Of a DNA stretch of 64,000 bases, positions 39,191 to 49,106 are shown in pieces. Source of the stretch: Flavobacteriaceae bacterium (GTDB lineage: Bacteria; Bacteroidota; Bacteroidia; Flavobacteriales; Flavobacteriaceae); NCBI GenBank assembly GCA_947464335.1, contig CANHWG010000001.1, positions 24,835 through 88,834 of the forward strand, in the 5' to 3' direction. Every line of letters starts with the position of its first letter. Within the stretch, counting starts at the first letter, position 1. The notes beneath the pieces are model-generated. The model was not told where the DNA came from. It worked only from the letters and a program-made list of their open reading frames with translations, and did no database searches. A program made the position numbers and the translations under genes.

Positions 39191-39220
39191 AAAGGTGAAA
39201 CGAAGGTTTCACCTTTTTTT
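39191..39220 (+). terminator. Intrinsic terminator
   Basis: aaaggtgaaac-gaag-gtttcaccttt plus T tract. Confidence 0.8.
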
Positions 39221-39472
39221 ATCTTCTTGAAATAATACTTACGATTCAAATCAATAAAAATCCAATAGTATTCCAAACCATAAATCTATCTTAAGATAAG
39301 TCTACATATTTCAACGGACTAGTTGCATTACAGTTGCCTGAATGAGTTAAGGAATACAACTTTTTAAAGTAGAAGATGTTGAAGTTCTTTTAAAAGAAAT
39401 GCAAAAAAACCCAACAACTTTCGCCATTGGGTTTGTCAATCATCTATCAGTCTATTATCTCTTGGTCTAAAA

Positions 39473-41269
39473 TTAATCATTCAACTTCAACACCGCCATA
39501 AACGCTTCTTGCGGAATCTCAACATTTCCTACCAAACGCATTCTTTTCTTCCCTTTTTTCTGTTTTTCTAATAGTTTACGTTTACGTGATATATCGCCAC
39601 CATAACATTTAGCGGTAACATCTTTACGCAATGCTTTTATCGTTTCACGAGCAATGATTTTAGCACCAATGGCCGCTTGAATCGGAATATCAAATTGTTG
39701 TCTTGGAATCAACTCACGCAATTTCTCACACATTTTTTTACCAATGTGATAAGCGTTACTCTCATGTATTAATGCCGAAAGTGCATCCACCGATTGTGCA
39801 TTCAATAACACATCCAATTTTACTAATTTAGACGTTCGCATACCAATTGGCGAATAATCAAATGAGGCATACCCTTTAGAAACCGTTTTCAATCGATCAT
39901 AAAAATCAAATACAATCTCGGCCAATGGCATATCAAAATTTAACTCTACTCTTTCGGTAGTTAAATACGTTTGATTGGTAATAACACCCCGTTTTTCAAT
40001 ACACAAACTCATAACATTTCCAACATAATCCGATTTGGTAATGATCGTTGCTTTGATATAAGGTTCTTCTACACGGTCTAGTTTTGATGGTTCTGGCAAA
40101 TCCGAAGGATTATTAATAGTAAATCCAACTTCGGGCTCTTTTTTAGTATAGGCAATATAGGAAACGTTGGGAACGGTCGTAATGACAGTCATATCATATT
40201 CACGCTCTAAACGTTCTTGTATGATTTCTAAATGCAACATTCCTAAGAAACCACAACGGAAACCAAAACCTAAAGCAGCCGAACTTTCTGCCGTAAACAC
40301 CAAAGAAGCATCGTTTAATTGTAATTTTTCCATCGAAGCGCGTAAATCTTCAAAATCATCAGTGTCAACAGGATAGATTCCGGCAAAAACCATCGGTTTT
40401 ACATCTTCAAAACCAGTAATCATATTGGTTGTTGGCGTTTTAGCATCCGTAATCGTGTCACCCACTTTTACTTCTTTGGCTTCTTTAATTCCCGAAATCA
40501 AATACCCAACATCACCCGTAGAAATAACGTCTTTTGGCACTTGGTTTAGCTTTAAGGTTCCCACTTCATCGGCAAAATATTCATTACCTGTAGCCATGAA
40601 TTTTATCTTCTGACCTTTTCGAATTTCACCATTTTTTATTCTAAAAATAACTTCTATGCCTCGAAACGGATTGTAATGCGAATCAAAAATCAACGCCTGT
40701 AACGGCTCGTCTTTTACGCCTTTTGGTGGCGGAACTTTTTCGATAATAGCAGCTAAAATATTTTCTACTCCAAAACCAGTTTTACCCGAAGCGTGAATAA
40801 TATCTTCTAATTTGCATCCCAATAAATCAATAATATCGTCGCTCACTTCTTCCGGATTGGCACTTGGTAAATCTACTTTATTCAATACCGGAATAATCTC
40901 CAAATCGTTTTCTAATGCCAAATACAAATTAGAAATCGTTTGTGCCTGAATGCTTTGTGCTGCATCTACAATTAACAACGCGCCTTCACAGGCCGCAATC
41001 GAACGCGAAACTTCATATGAAAAATCAACGTGTCCTGGAGTATCAATCAGGTTCAAGATATAATCTTCGCCCTTGTATTTATACTCCATCTGAATGGCGT
41101 GACTCTTAATTGTGATACCACGCTCACGCTCTAAGTCCATGTTATCAAGCAACTGTGCTTTTTCTTCACGAGCCGTAACGGTTTGTGTAGCACCCAATAA
41201 TCGATCCGCCAACGTACTTTTTCCGTGGTCAATGTGTGCAATAATGCAAAAATTTCTAATGTGCTTCAT
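39473..41269 (-). CDS. lepA: Elongation factor 4
   Basis: [57 protein letters not shown]. Confidence 0.97.
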   Translation of the reverse strand: MKHIRNFCIIAHIDHGKSTLADRLLGATQTVTAREEKAQLLDNMDLERERGITIKSHAIQMEYKYKGEDYILNLIDTPGHVDFSYEVSRSIAACEGALLIVDAAQSIQAQTISNLYLALENDLEIIPVLNKVDLPSANPEEVSDDIIDLLGCKLEDIIHASGKTGFGVENILAAIIEKVPPPKGVKDEPLQALIFDSHYNPFRGIEVIFRIKNGEIRKGQKIKFMATGNEYFADEVGTLKLNQVPKDVISTGDVGYLISGIKEAKEVKVGDTITDAKTPTTNMITGFEDVKPMVFAGIYPVDTDDFEDLRASMEKLQLNDASLVFTAESSAALGFGFRCGFLGMLHLEIIQERLEREYDMTVITTVPNVSYIAYTKKEPEVGFTINNPSDLPEPSKLDRVEEPYIKATIITKSDYVGNVMSLCIEKRGVITNQTYLTTERVELNFDMPLAEIVFDFYDRLKTVSKGYASFDYSPIGMRTSKLVKLDVLLNAQSVDALSALIHESNAYHIGKKMCEKLRELIPRQQFDIPIQAAIGAKIIARETIKALRKDVTAKCYGGDISRKRKLLEKQKKGKKRMRLVGNVEIPQEAFMAVLKLND

Positions 41270-41310
41270 CTTCTTTTTTAAAAATTGTCATACTTAGCTT
41301 GTCAAAGTAT

Positions 41311-41381
41311 GGGCGTGTCTCGTCAAAAACACGAGACCGGGCTGTTCGCAGTACACGGTACTTGCTGCCATCCCTCACGCA
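41311..41381 (+). repeat. Structured dispersed repeat, copy 2
   Basis: gggcgtgtctcgt...acgagaccgggctg...ggtacttgctgccatccctcacgca; matches 13777-13867. Confidence 0.7.
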
Positions 41382-41513
41382 ATCTACCTATGATAAGGAA
41401 TTAATCGGCAAATATACTTTAAAATCATCATTTTCAAAGCGCAAAAACGGTCTTTGTTCTTTTGTCTTTCGTCTATTCTCTTAAAAATCGTATTTTTGCC
41501 CAAAAATTATAGT

Positions 41514-42506
41514 ATGCCCAAAATAGGCAACATCCTATTACCCGATTTTCCGTTATTACTTGCACCTATGGAAGATGTGAGCGATCCGCCATTCCGCAGA
41601 TTATGCAAACTACATGGAGCCGATTTGATGTACTCGGAATTTATCTCTTCCGAAGGGTTAATTCGTGATGCTATTAAAAGTCGCATGAAGCTTGATATTT
41701 TCGATTATGAACGACCTGTGGGCATCCAAATTTTTGGAGGCGATGAAGAAGCTATGGCAATGTCAGCCAAAATTGTAGATGCAGTGCAACCGGATTTAAT
41801 TGATATCAATTTTGGGTGTCCTGTAAAAAAAGTAGTGTGCAAAGGCGCTGGTGCCGGAGTTTTGAAAGATGTTGATTTGATGGTGCGCTTAACTAAAGCA
41901 GTAATAAAAGGAACGAATCTTCCGGTTACAGTAAAAACCCGACTAGGTTGGGACGAAAATTCGATTAATATTGATGAGGTTGCTGAACGATTACAAGATA
42001 TTGGCGTACAAGCATTAACGGTTCATGCCCGAACACGCGCTCAAATGTATAAAGGAAGTGCTGATTGGTCGCATATTGCGCGCGTTAAAAACAACCCAAG
42101 AATAACAATGCCAATTTTTGGAAATGGCGATATCGATTCGCCCGAAAAAGCATTAGAATATAAAAATAAATACGGTTTAGACGGAATGATGATTGGTCGC
42201 GCCGCCATTGGGTATCCGTGGATATTTAACGAAATCAAGCATTACTTTACTACAGGTGAACATTTGGCACAACCTACTATGGCCGACCGAATAGAAGCCG
42301 CCCGAAATCATTTAACTTGGTCAATGGACTGGAAAGGTGAGCGCGTTGGAATTGTAGAAATGCGTCGTCATTATACCAATTATTTCAAAGGCGTTTCCAA
42401 CTTTAAAGAACATCGATTAAAATTAGTTACCCTAGAATCGGCAGAAAGTTTATTCAAAACTTTAGATGAAATTCAAGAGGTATATCTAGATTATCAGTTC
42501 GTTTAA
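41514..42506 (+). CDS. dusB: tRNA-dihydrouridine synthase B
   Basis: LAPMED, DINFGCP, VTVKTRLG, VHARTR, GNGDI, MIGR; ATG at 41514. Confidence 0.9.
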   Translation: MPKIGNILLPDFPLLLAPMEDVSDPPFRRLCKLHGADLMYSEFISSEGLIRDAIKSRMKLDIFDYERPVGIQIFGGDEEAMAMSAKIVDAVQPDLIDINFGCPVKKVVCKGAGAGVLKDVDLMVRLTKAVIKGTNLPVTVKTRLGWDENSINIDEVAERLQDIGVQALTVHARTRAQMYKGSADWSHIARVKNNPRITMPIFGNGDIDSPEKALEYKNKYGLDGMMIGRAAIGYPWIFNEIKHYFTTGEHLAQPTMADRIEAARNHLTWSMDWKGERVGIVEMRRHYTNYFKGVSNFKEHRLKLVTLESAESLFKTLDEIQEVYLDYQFV

Positions 42507-43702
42507 TCTAATAATTTTTTAGTCACTCGGCTACTTGCAATCAAACTAGAAATAATGCCTAGCGTTACAATGGTACTCATTACGATTACAACATTCTGAA
42601 TAGTAAATGTAACAGGATAAGCTAAAGTTTCAGTAATCATTATCAGTTTATACTGTTGTTGAATAACTACAATAATGATTCCTAATGATAATCCGATAAT
42701 TCCGCCCATAATAGAGAGTAAACTTCCTTGAAATAAAAATATTTTCTTTAAATCGTTTACCTCGGAACCTAAATTATATAGTGTTTTCAAATTACTTTTC
42801 TTATCCAAAATCATCATGATTAAGGCGCCAATCAAATTAAATAAGGCAATGATTATAACCAATGTAAAAATTAGATATACCGCAATATTCTCGGTATTCA
42901 ACATTTTATATAAAGTTGCATTCAGTTGGGCTCTATTTTTTACGGCTACCTTATTTCCTAGTAAAGTGTAAAGATTATCTATAACTTCTGCTTCATTAGC
43001 ATTCGGTTTTGTTTTAATATCAATGCTAGAAACTTGGTTTTGCTTATATTCTAATAAATCTTGCGCCAACCTCAAATCGGCAAAAACATATTTGCTATCT
43101 AAATCTTCACTAATGGCATAAATTCCTACCGGAATCAGCACCGATTTATTAAAAGCTTCGGCTTCACTTTCAATTACGGCTTTCCCTTTTCGAGGAACAT
43201 AAACTTCAAAATCATTGTTAAAATCATAAAGGCCAAGAGATAACTTTTGAGAAATGCCATAGCCAACAACGACTTCGGCGGTATTATAACGAAGCCATTT
43301 TCCGTTGAATAAACTTTTTGAAACAGCATTTATTTTATAATAATTTTCATCGACTCCTCTGAGATAAGTTACTTGTTCTTTCCCATCAAAAAAAAAGAGC
43401 ACACGTTCTTCAACCACTTTACTATAGGAGGCAATTCCCTTAATTGCAGTAATTTGATTTTCTTGTTCTGGAGTTATAAAAAAACTTTTGCCTAAAATTG
43501 GAGCAACTTTTAAATCAGGATCGATAGTATTGGTAAAGGATAAGCTAAAATCTCGTAATCCACTAAATACTGATAGTACTACAAACAATGCTAATGTTCC
43601 TACTATAATTCCAATCGATGCAATCCGGGTAATAATATTGATAGCATTATTTTTACTTTTACTAAAAAGATATCGTTTGGCTATGTAAAGTGCAAAGTTC
43701 AC
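42503..43702 (-). CDS. LolC/E (FtsX-like) ABC transporter permease
   Basis: IAKRYLFSK, VLSVFSG, periplasmic domain, three C-terminal TMs. Confidence 0.85.
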   Translation of the reverse strand: MNFALYIAKRYLFSKSKNNAINIITRIASIGIIVGTLALFVVLSVFSGLRDFSLSFTNTIDPDLKVAPILGKSFFITPEQENQITAIKGIASYSKVVEERVLFFFDGKEQVTYLRGVDENYYKINAVSKSLFNGKWLRYNTAEVVVGYGISQKLSLGLYDFNNDFEVYVPRKGKAVIESEAEAFNKSVLIPVGIYAISEDLDSKYVFADLRLAQDLLEYKQNQVSSIDIKTKPNANEAEVIDNLYTLLGNKVAVKNRAQLNATLYKMLNTENIAVYLIFTLVIIIALFNLIGALIMMILDKKSNLKTLYNLGSEVNDLKKIFLFQGSLLSIMGGIIGLSLGIIIVVIQQQYKLIMITETLAYPVTFTIQNVVIVMSTIVTLGIISSLIASSRVTKKLLD

Positions 43703-43705
43703 TTG

Positions 43706-44098
43706 TTAGAATTTCTTACGTTTGTCTAAAAGATCACGGTTTTCAATAGGGTTTTCTTTACCTGACAAGGCATTGTCAATCTTTTCAATATAATCTAAAG
43801 AGTCATCAATATAAAAAGAAAGATTGGGTACTTTTCGCAATTGCAATTTTACGCGTTGCGACAAATCATGTTTGATTAAAGGCGCATTAGTTTTAACAGC
43901 TTCCAATAATTCCGCGGCTTTATTCTGAGGAAAAACACTCAAATAGACCTTTGCTATAGACAAATCAGTAGTTACGCTCACTTTAGACACAGAGATTACC
44001 AAGTTAGAAATTCCATTTTTACGCACTTCACCTTGCAAAATATCAACTAAATCCTTTTGCAAAACGCTCCCAATTTTTTTCTGTCTGTTCGTTTCCAT
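43706..44098 (-). CDS. rbfA: Ribosome-binding factor A
   Basis: METNRQKKI, DLSIAKVYLS, LRKVPNLSFYIDDS; start at 44098 rather than the ORF-track 44284. Confidence 0.92.
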   Translation of the reverse strand: METNRQKKIGSVLQKDLVDILQGEVRKNGISNLVISVSKVSVTTDLSIAKVYLSVFPQNKAAELLEAVKTNAPLIKHDLSQRVKLQLRKVPNLSFYIDDSLDYIEKIDNALSGKENPIENRDLLDKRKKF

Positions 44099-44120
44099 TG
44101 GGCAAAAGTACACAAATTTT

Positions 44121-44246
44121 GTCACCCTGAGAAGTTTATACTGAGCGCAGACGAAGTAAAGTCGAAGGGAGAAGCGAAACTTTTGGTGTTTCAACCAATC
44201 ATGTTCCCGCTCTCCGCTATACTTCGGTATCGCTGCGATCGGGGCT
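44121..44246. repeat. Two adjacent REP-like elements in the rbfA-mce divergent intergenic region
   Basis: gtcaccctgag...gtcgaaggg (44121-44169) and gttcccgctctccgct...gctgcgatcggggct (44203-44246), GC-rich in an AT-rich context. Confidence 0.45.
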
Positions 44247-44303
44247 AAAGAAAAATCATTTGAATTTTTGTTATCTTTAGGCAATCAAAAAAACAGAATG
44301 ATA

Positions 44304-44705
44304 ATGCGCAAAATTGAACATATCGGAATAGCGGTGAAGAGTTTAGAAACTTCCAATTTACTTTTTGAGAAACTTTTTGGAAATCCACCCTATAAAGAAG
44401 AAGAAGTCGCCAGTGAAGGTGTTAAAACATCTTTTTTCATGAACGGACCCAATAAAATAGAATTGTTAGAAGCAACCAATCCTGAAAGTCCGATTGCAAA
44501 ATTCATTGAAAAAAAAGGCGAAGGTATTCATCATATTGCATTTGATGTTGAAAATATAGTTGATGAAATAGAACGTTTAAAAAATGAAGGTTTTATAGTT
44601 CTTAATGAAATTCCCAAAAAAGGAGCCGATAATAAATTAGTCGCTTTTTTACACCCAAAAGGGACAAATGGCGTTCTGATTGAACTTTGTCAAGAAATCA
44701 GTTAA
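44304..44705 (+). CDS. mce: Methylmalonyl-CoA epimerase
   Basis: IEHIGIAV, KIELLE, GEGIHHIAF, FLHPK, GVLIELCQ (VOC fold). Confidence 0.88.
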   Translation: MRKIEHIGIAVKSLETSNLLFEKLFGNPPYKEEEVASEGVKTSFFMNGPNKIELLEATNPESPIAKFIEKKGEGIHHIAFDVENIVDEIERLKNEGFIVLNEIPKKGADNKLVAFLHPKGTNGVLIELCQEIS

Positions 44706-44754
44706 AAACACTTGCTTTGAAAAAAAATAGTAGTAATATTGCACCTCTAATTAA

Positions 44755-44793
44755 GGTCTTATAGCTCAGTTGGTTAGAGCACCTGACTCATAA
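44755..44793 (+). pseudogene. 5'-half fragment of tRNA(CAT), ending just after the anticodon
   Basis: ggtcttatagctcagttggttagagcacctgactcataa, one mismatch to 46801-46839; upstream promoter also duplicated. Confidence 0.85.
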
Positions 44794-45005
44794 ACTACTG
44801 CCACTTTTCCTTGTATTCCTTGTGTAGCAAAGCATCACAACAATCATTCAAATTTATGTACACACTTTTTGCACGCTGCGTGCTGTGTTAAACATTATTT
44901 GTTTTAAATTTTAGATTATTTTATATATTATATTTAATAACTGCATGTATATAAAAATGACAAACATTAATTTGTAGAAAATTATATAATCTATGTGAGT
45001 TAATT

Positions 45006-45689
45006 CTAATACATTCTTAAAGCTTTGAAATCAATACTTATTTGAACAGGAATATCATATGTAACATTACCTGATGATGTCATTCTTCTTAAATATATTG
45101 TACCTGAATAATTGCCTTTCACTGTTTGTCCAAAATTAAGTGGTGTTGTTGGAGACCACATATTAGGGTTGGTTGATGTTGTACCTAAATCAGTAATATT
45201 AATAGGTAATTTATTTGAAATAGATTGATTATATAGTCCACTTGTTGTTTGCCAACTATTTAAATTATTTGGACTTAAGCTATCGAATAGATTAGTGATA
45301 TATGACCCATAAAATAATATTTGTGCTTGATTTATTTCCATCAATAGATTAGGAAATGTAATTCTACATTCTAAATTTTGACCAGAGATATAATTGCTTC
45401 CTGTTACATCGTTAATTTTAAGAGTTAGAAGTTTTTGAGTTTGTCCAGGAATGCTTATAATTTCACATTCATTATTTATATAATTTGTTAGACTTTGTAT
45501 ATAACCCTTTGGAATTCCATTAGTAGTATTTCCTTTTACTTTATGGACTTCACCATTAATAGTAATAGTAAATTCATAATCCATACTATTGGAGAATGAA
45601 TTACCATTGTTATTACTTGAGTTGTTATTGTCACTACTACAACTAAATAATAGTGATACAATTGTTAAAAAAAGAAATGTTTTTTTCAT
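45006..45689 (-). CDS. Hypothetical lipoprotein, paralog A
   Basis: Lipobox LFSC-SSDNNN; shares N- and C-termini with 45727-46410. Confidence 0.8.
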   Translation of the reverse strand: MKKTFLFLTIVSLLFSCSSDNNNSSNNNGNSFSNSMDYEFTITINGEVHKVKGNTTNGIPKGYIQSLTNYINNECEIISIPGQTQKLLTLKINDVTGSNYISGQNLECRITFPNLLMEINQAQILFYGSYITNLFDSLSPNNLNSWQTTSGLYNQSISNKLPINITDLGTTSTNPNMWSPTTPLNFGQTVKGNYSGTIYLRRMTSSGNVTYDIPVQISIDFKALRMY

Positions 45690-45726
45690 GATTTATATTT
45701 TGATTTATTATGAATAATTAACGCAA

Positions 45727-46410
45727 TTAATACATTCTCAACGCTTTGAAATCAATACTTATTTGGACAGGTATATCGCATGTTCTAATTCCATTAATAT
45801 ACCTTGAGATATATATAGTACCATTGTAATTTCCTTTTAGTGTTTCTCCAAAACTGTAGTATGGTAATGAAGGTACTTGTCCTGAAATTGTATTTGAACC
45901 TAAATCAGTAATAACTATTGGCAACTTATTTCCAAGAGATGAGTTCCAAACACCATTGGATGTTTGAAAATACGAAAAACCATTAAGTGAACTACCTGTT
46001 GAATAACCACCTAAACTTGAAGATAAAGTATCAAAATAATTACCGATGAATTGAACTGAAGCTTGATTAGAACCAATTAACAGATTAGGTAAAATAATGT
46101 TGCATTCCAGATTTTGACCAGAAATATAGTTGGATTCCGTTATGTCATTAATTTTAAGATTTACACCAGAACTACTTTCTGCCATGCATTTATTATCTAT
46201 CCAATGAACCCCTGCGTTTTGCATTCCATACGGTATACCATTAGTAGTATTTCCTTTTATTTTATGAACATCACCATTGATAGTAATAGTAAATTCATAA
46301 TCCATACTATTGGTAAATGAATTACCATTGTTGTTACTTGAGTTGTTATTGTCACTACTACAACTGAATGACAGAGTAATGATTGTTAGAAGGAGAATTA
46401 GTTTTTTCAT
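45727..46410 (-). CDS. Hypothetical lipoprotein, paralog B
   Basis: Lipobox SFSC-SSDNNN; ends DIPVQISIDFKALRMY like paralog A. Confidence 0.8.
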   Translation of the reverse strand: MKKLILLLTIITLSFSCSSDNNNSSNNNGNSFTNSMDYEFTITINGDVHKIKGNTTNGIPYGMQNAGVHWIDNKCMAESSSGVNLKINDITESNYISGQNLECNIILPNLLIGSNQASVQFIGNYFDTLSSSLGGYSTGSSLNGFSYFQTSNGVWNSSLGNKLPIVITDLGSNTISGQVPSLPYYSFGETLKGNYNGTIYISRYINGIRTCDIPVQISIDFKALRMY

Positions 46411-46800
46411 AATTAAAGAAATACTAAATTATTTTTTTACAATTTTATTTTATAGGACTGATACAAAATGCATTACTAAAATCCCTTTCTTGTGGTTTAC
46501 TATAAAGAGTTAAAATTTTTCAAATATATTAAATTTGATAACATATATGTATCCAAGTAAAATTTGAAATGTAAAGACATTTGAATATGATAATTTAAGA
46601 GGATACTTTTATAAAAACATAGGAATTCGCATTAGACAACTCAAATGAAAGTTGAAAATGATACAATTTTTTAACTTAAAAGAGTTAAATCTCACCACTT
46701 TAGAACTTTAGTAATCCTTTGTTAAGTCAATAACTGCAAGGAATTTTAGAAAACACTTGCAACAATTCAAAAATAGTAGTAATATTGCACCTCTAATTGA

Positions 46801-46874
46801 GGTCCTATAGCTCAGTTGGTTAGAGCACCTGACTCATAATCAGGTGGTCCTTGGTTCGAGCCCAAGTGGGACCA
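46801..46874 (+). tRNA. tRNA with CAT anticodon (probably tRNA-Ile2/lysidine; elongator Met not excluded)
   Basis: Cloverleaf: GGTCCTA/TGGGACC acceptor, D arm AGCTCAGTTGGTTAGAGC, anticodon arm CCTGA-CTCATAA-TCAGG, T loop GTTCGAG; CCA not encoded. Confidence 0.92.
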
Positions 46875-46879
46875 CATAA

Positions 46880-46907
46880 AAAAAAGACCTCCAAAAGAGG
46901 TCTTTTT
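46880..46907 (+). terminator. Terminator after the tRNA
   Basis: aaaaagacctc-caaaa-gaggtcttttt. Confidence 0.75.
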
Positions 46908-47075
46908 AACTAAAATTAAAATTTATAATAGAATTTAACGTCAATAAAGGTTTATAGTCGATTTTTTACAAATGAATTTACAATAAGGATTGCATTACAT
47001 TATTTTTCTATTAAATTTACCGAATAAATTTCAATTTATTTTGCAGAATTGATTTTTTTTATACTTTTACCGACT

Positions 47076-47291
47076 ATGAAAATTCTCTCGAATAGAATAA
47101 TTATTTTTTTGGCAGCGTTGTTTTTGCATCAAACCTCTGTTTTTGCTCAAACTAACCCACCACCTCCACCAACAACTGGGCCACCGCCACCCCCAGGATT
47201 ACCTTTGGATGGATGGATTTATTTATTAGTAATACTTTCTTTATGTTTTGGAATATATAAGTTAAACAAATTAAAAAAAGCTTCAAATTAA
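47076..47291 (+). CDS. Small Pro-rich protein with PID-CTERM-like sorting signal
   Basis: Signal peptide (VFAQ), TNPPPPPTTGPPPPPG, LPLDG + TM + basic tail; ATG at 47076. Confidence 0.7.
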   Translation: MKILSNRIIIFLAALFLHQTSVFAQTNPPPPPTTGPPPPPGLPLDGWIYLLVILSLCFGIYKLNKLKKASN

Positions 47292-47324
47292 CTTGAAGCT
47301 TTTTTTAATTATGTTTTTATCTTA

Positions 47325-47915
47325 CTATTTGTATAAATCATTCAATTTAGAAAGGTATTTTCCTAGAATATCAAACTCTAGATTTATTTTAGTGCCAATT
47401 TTAAAGGTTTTAAAATTTGTGTTTTCAAAAGTATAAGGGATGATCGCAACACTAAATTCATTTACTTTAGAATTTACAACGGTTAAACTAACACCATTAA
47501 TTGTTATCGAACCTTTTTCAATAGTAATGTTGCTTAAGTTTTTATCATACTCAAAAGTAAAATACCAACTACCATTTGATTCTTCAATAGCGATACAGAC
47601 ACCTGTTTGGTCAACATGCCCTTGAACAATATGACCGTCAAGACGATCACCCAATTTCATAGCCCGTTCTAAATTAATCAAATCTCCTAATTTCCATTCT
47701 TGAAGATTTGTCTTCAGAATCGTTTCTTTTATAGCTGTAACTGTATACTCATCATTGTTGATAGCAACTACGGTGAGGCAAACTCCATTATGAGCAACAC
47801 TTTGGTCAATTTTTAACTCATTTGTAATTAACGAAGAGATGGTGATTTGTAGATTATCGTTTTCTTTTTGTAAATCTTTGACAACACCGAGGGTTTCAAT
47901 TATTCCTGTAAACAT
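47325..47915 (-). CDS. ribE: Riboflavin synthase (alpha chain)
   Basis: MFTGIIE, NGVCLTV, NLERA, GHIVQGHVD, NGVSLTV. Confidence 0.93.
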   Translation of the reverse strand: MFTGIIETLGVVKDLQKENDNLQITISSLITNELKIDQSVAHNGVCLTVVAINNDEYTVTAIKETILKTNLQEWKLGDLINLERAMKLGDRLDGHIVQGHVDQTGVCIAIEESNGSWYFTFEYDKNLSNITIEKGSITINGVSLTVVNSKVNEFSVAIIPYTFENTNFKTFKIGTKINLEFDILGKYLSKLNDLYK

Positions 47916-47975
47916 TGTGGTTTTATTTTACTAAATTTGCACTTCAAAATTAGCAATAAATAACTAGTTCTTCTT

Positions 47976-49022
47976 ATGAAAAAAGCAGAAAACATTATCG
48001 TTGGAATTTCAATCGGTGATTTAAACGGAATCGGGAGTGAAGTCATTTTGAAGACCTTTGACGATTCAAGAATGCTAGAGCTTTGTACGCCAGTTATTTT
48101 TGCAAATGTAAGAGTAGTTTCTTTTATAAAAAAAACACTGGGATTAGAAATTCCTCTTCATGGAATAGATCATATAAATCAAGTTGTAATTGGAAAAGTT
48201 AATGTTCTTAATATATGGAAGGAAAGTGTAGACTTGAATTTTGGAGTAAGTGATGATGCTATTGGCAAATATGCCATAAAATCATTTATAGAAGCCACGA
48301 AAGCATTAAAAGAAAACCAAGTTGATGTTCTAGTTACGGCTCCAATAAATAAGTACAATATTCAATCTAATGACTTTAAATTCCCCGGCCATACCGATTA
48401 TTTAGACAAAGAGTTAGAAGGAAGCGCTTTAATGTTGATGGTTCAAGACAATCTAAGAGTAGGACTACTTACAGATCATGTTCCGGTAAATGATGTAGCA
48501 AAAAGTTTAACAGAAAAATTAATTGTGCAGAAAATAGAAACCATAAAGCTTTCATTATCGCAAGATTTTAGAATTAATAAACCCAAAATAGCGGTATTAT
48601 CCTTAAATCCTCATGCTGGTGACAACGGAGTTATTGGTAAAGAAGATGACGAAATAATAAAACCAGTAATAAAGAAATTATTTGAAAAAGGCACACTAGT
48701 TTTTGGCCCTTTTCCTGCTGATGGTTTTTTTGGCAACAGTCAATATGAAAAGTATGATGCCGTAATAGCAACCTATCATGATCAAGGTCTGATTCCTTTT
48801 AAAACATTGTCTTTTGGCAACGGAGTTAATTATACTGCGGGATTGAATAAAATCAGAACATCTCCAGATCATGGGACCGCATTCGAAATTGCAGGAAAGG
48901 GAGTTGCAGATTATAATTCCTTCAAAGAAGCAGTTTATTTAGCGATTGATGTTTTCAATTCAAGAATTGAATACCACGAAATCAGTAAAAACCCGCTTAA
49001 AACAAAGGAAAAACAGTTATAA
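47976..49022 (+). CDS. pdxA: 4-hydroxythreonine-4-phosphate dehydrogenase
   Basis: GDLNGIG, TAPINK, GHTDYL, NPHAGD, YHDQGLIP, RTSPDHGTA. Confidence 0.93.
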   Translation: MKKAENIIVGISIGDLNGIGSEVILKTFDDSRMLELCTPVIFANVRVVSFIKKTLGLEIPLHGIDHINQVVIGKVNVLNIWKESVDLNFGVSDDAIGKYAIKSFIEATKALKENQVDVLVTAPINKYNIQSNDFKFPGHTDYLDKELEGSALMLMVQDNLRVGLLTDHVPVNDVAKSLTEKLIVQKIETIKLSLSQDFRINKPKIAVLSLNPHAGDNGVIGKEDDEIIKPVIKKLFEKGTLVFGPFPADGFFGNSQYEKYDAVIATYHDQGLIPFKTLSFGNGVNYTAGLNKIRTSPDHGTAFEIAGKGVADYNSFKEAVYLAIDVFNSRIEYHEISKNPLKTKEKQL

Positions 49023-49106
49023 ACAAAAAAATGTTTATAAGGCTTTTGAAATTGCAATAATTTTATATCTTTGCACTCCCTATTTAGGGCACAAATTGTT
49101 GTTTAT

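Larger units (their letters stand above)
44794..46800. mobile_element. Integrase-less genomic islet inserted at the tRNA anticodon loop
   Basis: Bounded by direct repeats of promoter plus tRNA 5' half (44705-44793 and ~46751-46839); low-GC cargo. Confidence 0.7.

Noticed and set aside
44099-44284. 62-aa N-terminal extension of RbfA in the ORF track
   Set aside because: Runs through REP-like elements and the promoter region; RbfA homology begins at METNRQ (44098)
44858-44874. gtacacactttttgcac as a fourth copy of the GTACAC-N5-GTGTAC operator
   Set aside because: Spacing and right half-site differ and the flanking conserved block is missing; more likely an att-arm sequence of the islet or chance
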